Source: Alphaproteobacteria bacterium
GTDB taxonomy: Bacteria > Pseudomonadota > Alphaproteobacteria > UBA828
Assembly (NCBI GenBank): GCA_965237415.1
Contig: CBDEFM010000001.1
Span: forward strand, 96,001-160,000
DNA length: 64,000 bases
Reading direction: 5' to 3'
Position numbers and translations under genes: made by a program. Below the pieces are notes generated by a model that searched no databases, was not told the DNA's origin, and saw only the letters and a program-made list of their open reading frames with translations. Shown in pieces: positions 32,181 to 41,374 of the stretch; position 1 is the stretch's first letter; each line of letters begins with the position of its first letter.

Positions 32181-32460
32181 CGTCGACCCATTGGAACTCC
32201 AGAAGGCCCGACTTCGGGACGGCCATCTCGAACTGGATGTAGGGATCGGCCGAGACCGCCGGTTCCAGATCGACGGAAATCGCCACCTCGCCGTTGTAGC
32301 TGACTACGAAGCGATTGATGATCTGGCGGGGCACGAGCTCGCCCTCGCTGTCGTGGCGCTCCCCCGTATGCATCGGATGGGTGATCCGGGTCTTGACCGT
32401 GAACGGGACGCCCGCCGCCACCGACTTAGGCAGCTTCACGCGCGGCTTGGGTTCCGCCAT
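32134..32460 (-). CDS. soxZ: Sulfur carrier complex protein SoxZ
   Basis: ITHPMHTG, VPRQII, SADPY..F, WVDDDG. Confidence 0.9.
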   Translation of the reverse strand: MAEPKPRVKLPKSVAAGVPFTVKTRITHPMHTGERHDSEGELVPRQIINRFVVSYNGEVAISVDLEPAVSADPYIQFEMAVPKSGLLEFQWVDDDGSVYSLSKRIEVG

Positions 32461-32470
32461 CGCCCGCTCC

Positions 32471-32893
32471 TCAGCCGCAGCCGCCGACCGTCACCGCGAT
32501 CTTCTGGGAGGCTTGGCGGAATGTGCCATCCGCCATCTCCGCCACCGCATACACGGTCTGGCTCCCGGCCAGCCGGATGCGGATCGTGGCTTCCGGCGGC
32601 ACCAGCCTCCCGAACGTGAAGACCGCGACGCCGGGATTCGGGTTTCCGTCGTTGAAGAGCGCGATGCGCCTCGCGCCCTCGGCGACGACCCGGATCGGCA
32701 CGGCGCCGCCGTTGTCGAAGATCTCCGGCGCATCGAGAAGCACACCGCCCTCCAGGCGGAAAGCGCCCCCAGTGAATTCATCGATGGCCTGGAAAATGCC
32801 GTTCGAGGCCTCGGCAACACCGGCGGGAAGCAGCGCGGCCGCGGCGGCGGAGGCGCTGAGCAGAAATACATCCCTGCGCGTCGGAGCCATCAT
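32471..32893 (-). CDS. soxY: Sulfur carrier protein SoxY
   Basis: TRRDVF Tat leader, APEIFDNG, NPNP, RIRLA, C-terminal VTVGGCG swinging arm. Confidence 0.9.
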   Translation of the reverse strand: MMAPTRRDVFLLSASAAAAALLPAGVAEASNGIFQAIDEFTGGAFRLEGGVLLDAPEIFDNGGAVPIRVVAEGARRIALFNDGNPNPGVAVFTFGRLVPPEATIRIRLAGSQTVYAVAEMADGTFRQASQKIAVTVGGCG

Positions 32894-33052
32894 GCAGCCT
32901 TCTTCCGCTCGCCGGGTCATAGGCGATATGGCGCCCCTTGGCGGCACCCGTCAAGCCCCTGGTGTGTGAGAGCCCCGCGCGCATTGACGCGCCGGCACCG
33001 ACGGGCGAGCATGACGGATTCTGCGACCACGGTTCTCAGGGAGGAACGGGAC

Positions 33053-34327
33053 ATGGCGCGCACCGTCTTCACCAATGTCAGCATCTATGACGGCAACGGC
33101 AAGAGGCCCTATCGGGGCGAGGTGTCGATCCAGGGCAACCGCATCGAGAAGGTCGCCAGAAACGGCCAGAAACTGTCGCGGCGGGGTGCTGCGGCGGTGG
33201 ACGGCAACGGCGCGACGCTGATGCCGGGGCTCGTGAACGCGCATTGCCACATGAGCTACACCGGGCCGCAGTCGATGTCCGAGATCCCGCCCGAGGAGCA
33301 CACGCTCATCACCATGTACAACGCGCGGACGATCATCGACCACGGCGTGACCGCGGCGGTCGGCGCGGGCGCGGCGAAGCCCCGCCTCGACATCGTGATC
33401 AGGAACGAGATCGACGCCGGCCGCATCCCCGGCCCGCGCTACCGGGCGTGTTCGCCGGAGATCACCGTCACCGGCGGCCTCGGCGACCAGCGCATGCTGC
33501 ACTACTACAGGAACGACCTCTCGCTCTTCGCGGACGGGCCGGAAGAAATCCGCCGCGCCTGCCGCGAAATGATCCGCGAGGGGGTGGACATCATCAAGCT
33601 CATGCCGTCGGGCGACCATCTGATCCCGGGCGCGTGCGATGCGACCCAGAGCGCGATGGACGAGGATGAGATCGCCGCCGGCGCACGGGTCGCGCACCAG
33701 CGCGGCCGCCGGCTCGCCGCCCACGCGCGCAACCCGGAATCGATCAGGCTCTGCATCAAGTACGGGATCGAGCTGATCTATCACGCGACCTACGCCGACG
33801 AGGAATCCCTCGATCTGCTCGAAGAGCACAAGGACAAGCACTGGGTGGTGCCCGCCATCGGCTTTACCCACGCGACCGCCTACGAGGCCGGCGACTTCGG
33901 CATCACGCCCGCCGAGGCAGAGGCCTGGGGCTTCCTCCGCGAGCTCGAGATCGGGGCCGAAACGCTGAAGAAGATGCACGCGCGTGGCATCAAGGTGCTG
34001 CCCTTCGGCGATTACGGCTTCCCCTGGACCCCCCACGGCCAGATGGCGCGGGACTTCGAGCATTTCACCAACTATCTCGGCATGAAGCCCTATGAGATCC
34101 TGCGCGCTGCGACCCAGTACGGTGCCGAGGCCTTCGATGCGCCGGGCGAGCTGGGGCGGATCAAGCCCGGCTACCTCGCCGACCTGCTGCTGATCGACGG
34201 CAATCCTCTCACGGACCTGACGCTCTTCCAGGACGAGGCGAACATCCTCATGGTCATGAAGGACGGCGCCTATCACAAGCCGCCGCATGCGCGGCAGAGG
34301 GTCGTGCAGCAGGCCGCGGCCGAATAG
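33053..34327 (+). CDS. Metal-dependent amidohydrolase (prolidase-like subfamily)
   Basis: LMPGLVNAHCH, IKL, AAHA, YHA, FGD, GYLADLLLIDGNPL. Confidence 0.88.
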   Translation: MARTVFTNVSIYDGNGKRPYRGEVSIQGNRIEKVARNGQKLSRRGAAAVDGNGATLMPGLVNAHCHMSYTGPQSMSEIPPEEHTLITMYNARTIIDHGVTAAVGAGAAKPRLDIVIRNEIDAGRIPGPRYRACSPEITVTGGLGDQRMLHYYRNDLSLFADGPEEIRRACREMIREGVDIIKLMPSGDHLIPGACDATQSAMDEDEIAAGARVAHQRGRRLAAHARNPESIRLCIKYGIELIYHATYADEESLDLLEEHKDKHWVVPAIGFTHATAYEAGDFGITPAEAEAWGFLRELEIGAETLKKMHARGIKVLPFGDYGFPWTPHGQMARDFEHFTNYLGMKPYEILRAATQYGAEAFDAPGELGRIKPGYLADLLLIDGNPLTDLTLFQDEANILMVMKDGAYHKPPHARQRVVQQAAAE

Positions 34328-34342
34328 CTTCCCGCGCCAACG

Positions 34343-35515
34343 ATGGGGGCGCTCGATCGGGAGACGCTGCTCGCACGTGCGGAAGCGCTGATCCCGACGC
34401 TGCGCGAGCGGGCCGCCGCGGCCGAGGAGCTGCGGCGTATCCCCGACGAGTCGATCGCCGATCTCGTAGACAGCGGCCTGATCCGCGCGACGTTGCCGGC
34501 CCGCTTCGGCGGTTCCGAGGTCGGCTACCGCACGATGATGGAGATCGTGACGCTGATCTCCCGCGGCTGCGCGTCCACCGGCTGGGTCTATTGCAACCTC
34601 GCAAGCTGCACCTTCAAGCTCGCGCTCTGGCCCAAGGAGGCACAGGACGAAATCTGGGAGGCGGACAAGGACGCGCTTCTCACCGGCAACCTGATCTTCC
34701 CCTGCGGCAAGGCGACGCGGGTCGACGGTGGCTATCGTCTCAGCGGGCGATGGCCGTTCGGCAGCGGCATCGACCACGCCTGCGCCAATTTTTTCGCCGC
34801 CATGGTGGTCGATAAGGAACCGCAGGAGTTCCGCCTCTTCCTGGTGCCGAAGGGCGAGTACACGATCCTCGACACCTGGCGCGCCTCTGGCCTGCGTGGC
34901 ACCGGCAGTAACGACGCGGCCGTCGAGGACCTGTTCGTCCCCGCGTACCGCACCATCGACGCGGCGGATACGCGCAACGGCGCCGCGCCGGGCAACGCGG
35001 TGAACACCGGCACGGTCTATCGGCTCCCGCTCTTCGCCATGTTCTTCACCTGGGTCGGCGCGGCCGTGCTCGGCATGGCGGAAGCGGCGGTGGAGGGCTA
35101 TGTCGAGGCCACGCGCACCCGCGCCGCGCACTATTCGGGCCAGAGGCTCGCCGAGCTCGGCACCATCCACGTCAAGATCGCCGAGGCCCGCGCCGCCGTG
35201 GCGGCCGCGCGGCGCATCTATCTCGGCAACTGCGACGAGGCGACGGCGATTGCGGAGGGAGGCGCGCTGCCGGACGCTGAGGCCCGCGCCCGCTACCGCG
35301 CTGAGGGCGCCTATGCCGCCAGGCTCTGCTGCCAGGCGGTCGATCTGATCACGGCGGCAAGCGGCGGCGGCGGAGTCTATGACAGGAACCCGCTGTCCCG
35401 CGCCTTCCGCGACATTCACGCGGGCACTGCCCACATCACCCAGACCTGGGATCCCAACGCCGTCACCTACGGCCGCCTCGCGCTCGGCCTGGAAACGGAC
35501 AACCCTCTCCTCTGA
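34343..35515 (+). CDS. Acyl-CoA-dehydrogenase-fold flavin monooxygenase (HsaA-like oxygenase component)
   Basis: ERAAAAEELRRIP, CASTGW, GRWPFGSG, W..SGLRGTGS, RAFRDIH. Confidence 0.82.
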   Translation: MGALDRETLLARAEALIPTLRERAAAAEELRRIPDESIADLVDSGLIRATLPARFGGSEVGYRTMMEIVTLISRGCASTGWVYCNLASCTFKLALWPKEAQDEIWEADKDALLTGNLIFPCGKATRVDGGYRLSGRWPFGSGIDHACANFFAAMVVDKEPQEFRLFLVPKGEYTILDTWRASGLRGTGSNDAAVEDLFVPAYRTIDAADTRNGAAPGNAVNTGTVYRLPLFAMFFTWVGAAVLGMAEAAVEGYVEATRTRAAHYSGQRLAELGTIHVKIAEARAAVAAARRIYLGNCDEATAIAEGGALPDAEARARYRAEGAYAARLCCQAVDLITAASGGGGVYDRNPLSRAFRDIHAGTAHITQTWDPNAVTYGRLALGLETDNPLL

Positions 35516-35557
35516 TACCCGCAGGGCCGTCGCTATCGGTCGCGTCGGGACGCTTCG

Positions 35558-36187
35558 TCAGTGCCGCTTGAGCGCCGGGACGCCGGGGTATTCCGAGGAG
35601 TGGTCCCCCGCATGGTTCGCCATGCCCGGTTTGGTGAGGCATCCCTTGGGCGGGACGTAGCTGTCGATGCGGCGGACCGGCTTCTCATGCCAGCGCAGGT
35701 TGAAGGCGGCGTACTTGGGGAAGAACATCATGTCCGAATACGGCAGGTGGTCGTGCACCCACCAGGCCAGGGCCTGCCACGGCGTCCCCGCCTCATAGCG
35801 CGGGACGAACCACGGGATGACAATGCAGGCGGTCGCCCCCATGAAGCCGTCGGCGTCCCGCCGGTCCCACACGTGGCGGCTGTGGTTCCAGGTCGTTTCG
35901 GCGCAGTTGTAGCCGTGGTCCCGCCGCTCCTGGCCGAAGTCGTTCACCCTGACGGAGCGGAACGCCGAGCGGATCGACACATGGCCGAAGGTGGCGTGAA
36001 GCGGCTCGAGCAGCTCTTCGCAGAGCCGCCTTCCCGCCGCGATGGCGAGGTCGGGATCGTCCGGCATGTTCGTAATGCCGTGAAAGCTCGCGATCTCGCT
36101 GTAAAACATCTCGCGCATGAAGAAGTGCTCCGACAACCGGACCCGGCCGAGCGTTTCGAGGGCCTTCATGGAAGCGGGCTTTTGCAT
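35558..36187 (-). CDS. Conserved hypothetical protein, peptidase M15-like N-terminus
   Basis: RLSEHFFMRE..YSE and LLEPL...G.VSIRSAFRS..VN resemble the M15A fold; GGAG RBS. Confidence 0.6.
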   Translation of the reverse strand: MQKPASMKALETLGRVRLSEHFFMREMFYSEIASFHGITNMPDDPDLAIAAGRRLCEELLEPLHATFGHVSIRSAFRSVRVNDFGQERRDHGYNCAETTWNHSRHVWDRRDADGFMGATACIVIPWFVPRYEAGTPWQALAWWVHDHLPYSDMMFFPKYAAFNLRWHEKPVRRIDSYVPPKGCLTKPGMANHAGDHSSEYPGVPALKRH

Positions 36188-36516
36188 GGCATGCTCCCTC
36201 CGAAATCGGTTTCCTTCAATCGTGCCCAGCCCGATCGGAGAATGGGACCGGGTGGATCGCAGGATACGAAAACAAGAAGCGGCGGCGACAGCCATCTGTC
36301 TTGGGGGGCGGCCGTCGGCGAGAGCCGCTTGGATGCCGTCGCGCGCGTGGCCGCTCGCCCGCTTGCCGTCGCTCCGCTAAGGCATCGGCCATGGCACCGG
36401 AGCGCCGCAACCGTGTATAGTATGGGGCGATGCGAGCGCCGAGGCCGTGCCACGGCAACGAGCGGCGGCCCGACGCGCTATGGCTCGACGTGATGGAAGG
36501 CAAGGGGAGGCTGAGC

Positions 36517-37710
36517 ATGAGCGAAAAGTGGGGTATTCCGGACATATCGCGCCGCGACGTGCTTAAGGGCACGGCGGCCACTGCGGCGGTGGCCGCCGCC
36601 GGTTCGTTAGGCGCGACCCGGGGAGTGCAGGCAGCGTCGACGACGGTCAAGGGCTACGGCGTCACCACGTCGCAGCTCAAGGACTGGTCCATCATGGAGA
36701 AAGCCATCGGCATCACGATGGAGTTCACCGGGACCAATGCCGACATCGGCACCTTCATGCGCGACGTCATCTCGAACGATCTCGGCGAGACGCACGATAT
36801 CTTCATCTTCGACGGCGGCACCGAGGACATTCTGGGGCCGCAGGGCTACTACTCCACGGTCATCGAGGACCATCCGAACCTCACGCTCTGGGAGCGGACC
36901 TCCGACGACTGGAAGCGCACCGACCTGCTGCAGGACTATGACGGCAACCAGTACGGCGTGCCCGTCATCGGTAATGCGGACAGCTTCGGCTACTTCCCCG
37001 AGGCGATCGGCGCCGATCCCAAGGGCCTCGACGAGATCCCCTGGAGCAAGATGTTAGAGGACGAAGACACCAAGGGCCGCGTCTCGCTCGACCGCAGCTG
37101 GCTGCTGTCGAGCCCCGAGGTCGCCCTCTACCTCAAGGCTAACGGCCGGGCGGAAATCGCCGATGTCGCCAACATGACCGGCGAGGAGGCCCGCGTGGTC
37201 GCGGACTTCGCGGCCGACCGCAAGCGCGCAGGCCAGTTCCGCTCGCTCCACGCGGCCTTCGAGGAGCAGGTGCAGCTTCTCAGCAACCGCGAGATCGACC
37301 TGATCAACTGCTGGGAGCCCGCGACCAAGGAGGCCAACAACATTCTCGGCCCCGGCACGGTGATCTACGCCTTCACGGTCGAGGGCTATTACAAATGGGG
37401 CCACGGCGCCTACATGCACACCAAGGCCGGCGAGCGCGACAACGTCGACAACATCTACAAGGTGCTCAACTACTACATGACCGGCGAGTATCGCGCCTAT
37501 CAGGGGATCCAGCGCGGCTACGCCGGCCCCAACATGGACCTCGGCGTCCAATTTGCGCAGGAGAGCGGCTGGCCAGAGGAGCAGGTCGAAGAGCTCAAGT
37601 GGACCGAGGTCAAGGTCAACAAGAAGTTCGAGAAGCCCTTCTTCGGCAAGCCCGCGGCGCCGAACTCCGACGTCATGGAAGAGGAGTGGCAGCGGTTCCT
37701 GAACGCCTGA
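36517..37710 (+). CDS. PotD/PotF-like ABC substrate-binding protein with Tat signal
   Basis: SRRDVLKG leader; GGAGG RBS; followed by two permeases. Confidence 0.82.
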   Translation: MSEKWGIPDISRRDVLKGTAATAAVAAAGSLGATRGVQAASTTVKGYGVTTSQLKDWSIMEKAIGITMEFTGTNADIGTFMRDVISNDLGETHDIFIFDGGTEDILGPQGYYSTVIEDHPNLTLWERTSDDWKRTDLLQDYDGNQYGVPVIGNADSFGYFPEAIGADPKGLDEIPWSKMLEDEDTKGRVSLDRSWLLSSPEVALYLKANGRAEIADVANMTGEEARVVADFAADRKRAGQFRSLHAAFEEQVQLLSNREIDLINCWEPATKEANNILGPGTVIYAFTVEGYYKWGHGAYMHTKAGERDNVDNIYKVLNYYMTGEYRAYQGIQRGYAGPNMDLGVQFAQESGWPEEQVEELKWTEVKVNKKFEKPFFGKPAAPNSDVMEEEWQRFLNA

Positions 37711-37799
37711 CCGCGCCACCCGTAATGTGACCAAGGCCCCGGTGCGCCCCGCGAACACCTTCGCACGGCGCCCCGGGGCTCTATCTTTGTTGGCGATCG

Positions 37800-38720
37800 A
37801 TGTCTGACACGGCGGGAAACGGCTTCGTCGGCGACCTCCGCGCCGGCTACACCCGGTTGTTCACGGGCGGCTGGGTGGTGCCGGTCTTCGTCGCGGCGTG
37901 GGTGGTCATCGTCATCCTGCCGCTGCTCGTCATGATCGCCCACTCGTTCTTCGAGATGAAGAACTACCAGGTGTCCTACGACGCCTCGTTCAAGACCTGG
38001 AATTCGCTGATCGATTCCGGGCGCTGGATCGCGGCGGTGCGCACGCTCCGCGTCGTGCTCATGATCACGGTCGTCGAGTTCCTGATCGCCTTCCCCTTCG
38101 CGCTGTGGCTCGCCAAGACCTGCAAGTCGAAGGTGACCAAGGCGGTCATCATCACCCTGCTCACCATCCCGTTCTTCGTCGACCCCTCGTCCCGCACCAT
38201 CATCTGGCGCGCCATCCTCGGCAAGAACGGCATCATCAACACCGTCCTCATGGAGCTCGGCATCATCGGCGAGCCGATGGAATGGATGCTGTTCTCGGAA
38301 TTCGCCGTCCATTTCGGGATGCTCGCGCCCTACTTCCCGACGATGGTGTTTCCCATCTTCCTGGTCGTGAGCCTCATCGACGACCACTATCTGGAGGCGA
38401 GCCGCGACCTCGGCGCGAGCAAGCTGCACACGCTCTTCTACATCATCCTGCCGCTTTCGCTGCCGGGCATCGTCGCCGGCGCTGTCTTCACCATGGTGCC
38501 GCTCATGGCGACCTGGGTGGAGCCGGAGATGCTGGGCGGCGGCTTCGTCAACCTGCTCGGACCATCGGTGGAAGCGGCGATCCGAAATCTGAAGTACCCG
38601 ACCGCGGCCGCGCTCTCGGTCTTCGTCGTCATTGTGCTCGCGCTGCTGCTGACGCTGCTGATCCTGGCGACGCGGCGGCTCGGCTCCATCGGCAACGTCT
38701 TCCAGACGCTGAGGCGGTGA
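37800..38720 (+). CDS. ABC permease (PotB-like)
   Basis: EASRDLGA loop, multi-TM. Confidence 0.88.
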   Translation: MSDTAGNGFVGDLRAGYTRLFTGGWVVPVFVAAWVVIVILPLLVMIAHSFFEMKNYQVSYDASFKTWNSLIDSGRWIAAVRTLRVVLMITVVEFLIAFPFALWLAKTCKSKVTKAVIITLLTIPFFVDPSSRTIIWRAILGKNGIINTVLMELGIIGEPMEWMLFSEFAVHFGMLAPYFPTMVFPIFLVVSLIDDHYLEASRDLGASKLHTLFYIILPLSLPGIVAGAVFTMVPLMATWVEPEMLGGGFVNLLGPSVEAAIRNLKYPTAAALSVFVVIVLALLLTLLILATRRLGSIGNVFQTLRR

Positions 38721-38732
38721 GGCGCTAGGACG

Positions 38733-39608
38733 ATGAGCGATCGGGCTCAGCACAGGATGGCGGCCACCATCGACGACCAGATCGGCCACGGCGGTGCGCT
38801 GTTGGCGCGCCGGGTCTCGGCCTGGCGGCTCTGGACCGTGATCGCCAAGTGGCTCGGGCTGATCGTCATCTTGCTGATGTACATCCCGCTCGTCTGGCTC
38901 GCTGTGATGTCGTTCAGCGGCAAGCCGCTCTCGGGCATCCCCTACCCGCTCACCATGGAGCACTACGACGAGCTCATGGGCGCGTTCAACAAGTGGGGCG
39001 AGCCGCTCTACGAGAGCATCGCCATGGGCGTGGTCGTCGGCATCGTCTGCATGATCGTGGCCACCGCCGTCGGCCGCACCATGCCCAGAATGAAGAAACC
39101 GGGCGGGGTGATCCTGATCGCCCTCATCCCGCTCTTCGTTCCGGGCCTCACCATGGGGGCGGCGCTCTTCATCTCCATCCGCTCCCTCCTCGACCTCCGG
39201 CTCGGGCTCTGGTCGATCTTCCTCGGCCATCTGGTGTGGTCGCTGCCGTTCTCGTTGCTGCTCGTGCTGATTATCGCGACCCGCTTCGACCATCGGTTGC
39301 TGGAGGCGGCACAGGATCTCGGCGCCACCTCCTGGCGGCGCTTCTGGGACATCGAGTTCCCGATCCTGCGCCCCGGCATCATCGGCGCCGGCATCTTCGG
39401 CTTCCTGCTCTCCTTCAATGAGCTCCTGCGCTCGATCTTCCTGCGGGGCTCGGAGACGACGATGCCGATCTACAACTGGACCATGACGGCATCGCACCAG
39501 TCGCAGGTGCCAATCATCTTCTCGCTGTCGACGATCATTCTGGGCGTCACGCTGCCGATTCTCGGCGGCTTCTTCTGGCTGCTCTTCGCCAAGCTGGACC
39601 GCAGCTGA
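38733..39608 (+). CDS. ABC permease (PotC-like)
   Basis: EAAQDLGA loop, FLLSFNE. Confidence 0.88.
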   Translation: MSDRAQHRMAATIDDQIGHGGALLARRVSAWRLWTVIAKWLGLIVILLMYIPLVWLAVMSFSGKPLSGIPYPLTMEHYDELMGAFNKWGEPLYESIAMGVVVGIVCMIVATAVGRTMPRMKKPGGVILIALIPLFVPGLTMGAALFISIRSLLDLRLGLWSIFLGHLVWSLPFSLLLVLIIATRFDHRLLEAAQDLGATSWRRFWDIEFPILRPGIIGAGIFGFLLSFNELLRSIFLRGSETTMPIYNWTMTASHQSQVPIIFSLSTIILGVTLPILGGFFWLLFAKLDRS

Positions 39609-39712
39609 TCCCCCGACGCACTACCAAGCGCCGCCCCTGCGGCACCCTTGCGACCCTGGGGCGATTTGGATAGGGTCCGCCGCGTGGCCGGCGCCGGGCG
39701 CCGCGCCCGTGC

Positions 39713-39789
39713 GCGCTCGTAGCTCAGCTGGATAGAGCACCAGACTACGAATCTGGGGGTCGGGGGTTCGAATCCCTCCGAGCGCGCCA
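39713..39789 (+). tRNA. tRNA-Arg (anticodon ACG)
   Basis: GCGCTCG TAGCTCAGCTGGATAGAGC...CAGA CT ACG AA TCTG...GGTTCGAATCC...CGAGCGC G CCA. Confidence 0.96.
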
Positions 39790-39848
39790 TCTAAATCCCA
39801 TAGAGTCAATGGCTTGCCGGCCTGCGGCCGGTGCCTGCCGCGAGGGCG

Positions 39849-40479
39849 TCAGGCGAAGTGGCAGGCGCCGTGATGGCCGGGCGCCAGCTCCCGAAAGGCC
39901 GGCTTCTCCTGGCGGCAGATCGCCTCGGCGCGCGGGCAGCGCGGGTGGAAACGGCAGCCGGAGGGCGGGTCGATGGGGCTCGAGATCTCGCCCTCGATCG
40001 GCACCATCGTGCGCAGGCGCCGGGTCGTAGGCTCGGGGATCGCCGCCAGCAGCGCCTGCGTATAGGGATGGCGTGGCTCGCGGAAGAGGACCGCGGTCTC
40101 CGCCAGCTCCACCATCTCGCCCAGGTACATCACGCCCACCCGGTCGCAGACGAAGCGGACGACGGAGAGGTCGTGCGAAATGAAGAGGATGCTGAGCGCG
40201 TAGCGCCGCTGGATCGCGCGCAGCATGTTGAGGATCTGGGCCTGGACCGACACGTCGAGTGCGGACACCGGCTCGTCGGCGACCAGCAGCTTGGGGTCGA
40301 GCGCGAGCGCCCGCGCGAGACCGATGCGCTGGCGCTGCCCGCCACTGAACTGGTGGGGGTAGCGCTGCGCGTGGCTGGGATCGAGACCGACCGCGTCGAG
40401 CAGCTCGCTCACCCGCTGCCTGAGCGCCCGCCTCGGCACCACACGGTGCGTGACGAGCGGCTCGGCGACGATGTGGAAC
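39849..40479 (-). pseudogene. 3' half of an OppF/DppF peptide ABC ATPase (no Walker A)
   Basis: Starts abruptly at FHIVAEPL; has [29 protein letters not shown] but lacks the P-loop half. Confidence 0.85.
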
Positions 40480-41350
40480 ATAGTTGATCGCCTGGCGGAC
40501 GCGCACGTCGTCCATCGGCGCCATCTTCTGGTTCATCATCGCGAAGAAGACGCCGACGGCCGGGCGGCTGTAGGTCTTGTAGCCCGGCGTCGCCTCGATC
40601 TGGCGCAGCTTGTCGACCGGTACCGCGTCGGTACCCGAGATGCAGTCCACGTCACCGCTGAGCAGCGCGGCGAGGCGGGTCGCGTCCTCAGGTATTACCA
40701 CATACTCGACGCGCTCGAGGTAGGCGTTCCCCTCGTTGCTGTACCAGGGCGTGGCCCAGTTGTGCTCGTCGTTGCGCACGAGCTCGATGCCCTGGTCCGG
40801 GTCCCAGCGAACGAACTTGAACGGCCCGGTGCCGCTCGGGTTGCGGCCGAAGGCATCGCCCTGCGCCTCGACCGCGGCCTTACTGATGGGCGCGCAGTAG
40901 GAATAGCCGAGCCCCACCCAGAGCGGCACGAAGGGATCGCTGTAGTGATAGGCGATGGTCATGTCGTCGATCACCTCGGTGCCGGCGATCGGGCCCAGCA
41001 TCCACGAGGTGGGCGAGGCCGTGGTGTCGGCGAGGTGGCGTTCCACGGTCCAACGGACGACCTCGGCGTTGAACGGCGAGCCGTCGTGGAAGTTGACGCC
41101 CTCCCGCAGCGTGAAGGTGACCGTCTTGCCCTCGTTCGAGAACTCCCATCTGGTGGCGAGGCCCGGATAGACCGTGCCCTTCTCGTCGAGATAGACCAGC
41201 GAGTCGTAGACCTGCCACATGATCTCGTGGGCGACGAGCAGCGTGGTCTTCTGCGGGTCGAGGGTGTCGGACTCCTGCCCGCGGGCGATGCGCAGCGTGC
41301 CGCCCGGCTTGGCCGCGTGCGCGCGCGGCACTTGCGCGAGCCCGGCAGAT
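40480..41350 (-). pseudogene. Truncated OppA/DppA-family substrate-binding protein fragment
   Basis: GGTLRIA, LDP, YDSLV, LATRW, FHDG, GTGPFKF, ending at VRQAINY; only the tail of a signal peptide (GLAQVPRAHA) remains, with an in-frame TGA just upstream. Confidence 0.82.
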
Positions 41351-41374
41351 CACGACATTGATGAGATTTCGGAG

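Noticed and set aside
28767-32947. tRNA-Glu-integrated genomic island carrying the sox genes
   Set aside because: The sox genes lie on the 5' side of the tRNA; no integrase or duplicated tRNA 3' end was seen.
32315-33052. N-terminal extension of the amidohydrolase ORF (670 aa)
   Set aside because: Antisense shadow of soxYZ; GGAGGA RBS supports ATG 33053.
39745-41331. 528-aa intact substrate-binding protein
   Set aside because: The C-terminal part is out-of-frame read-through over the ATPase fragment and into the tRNA.
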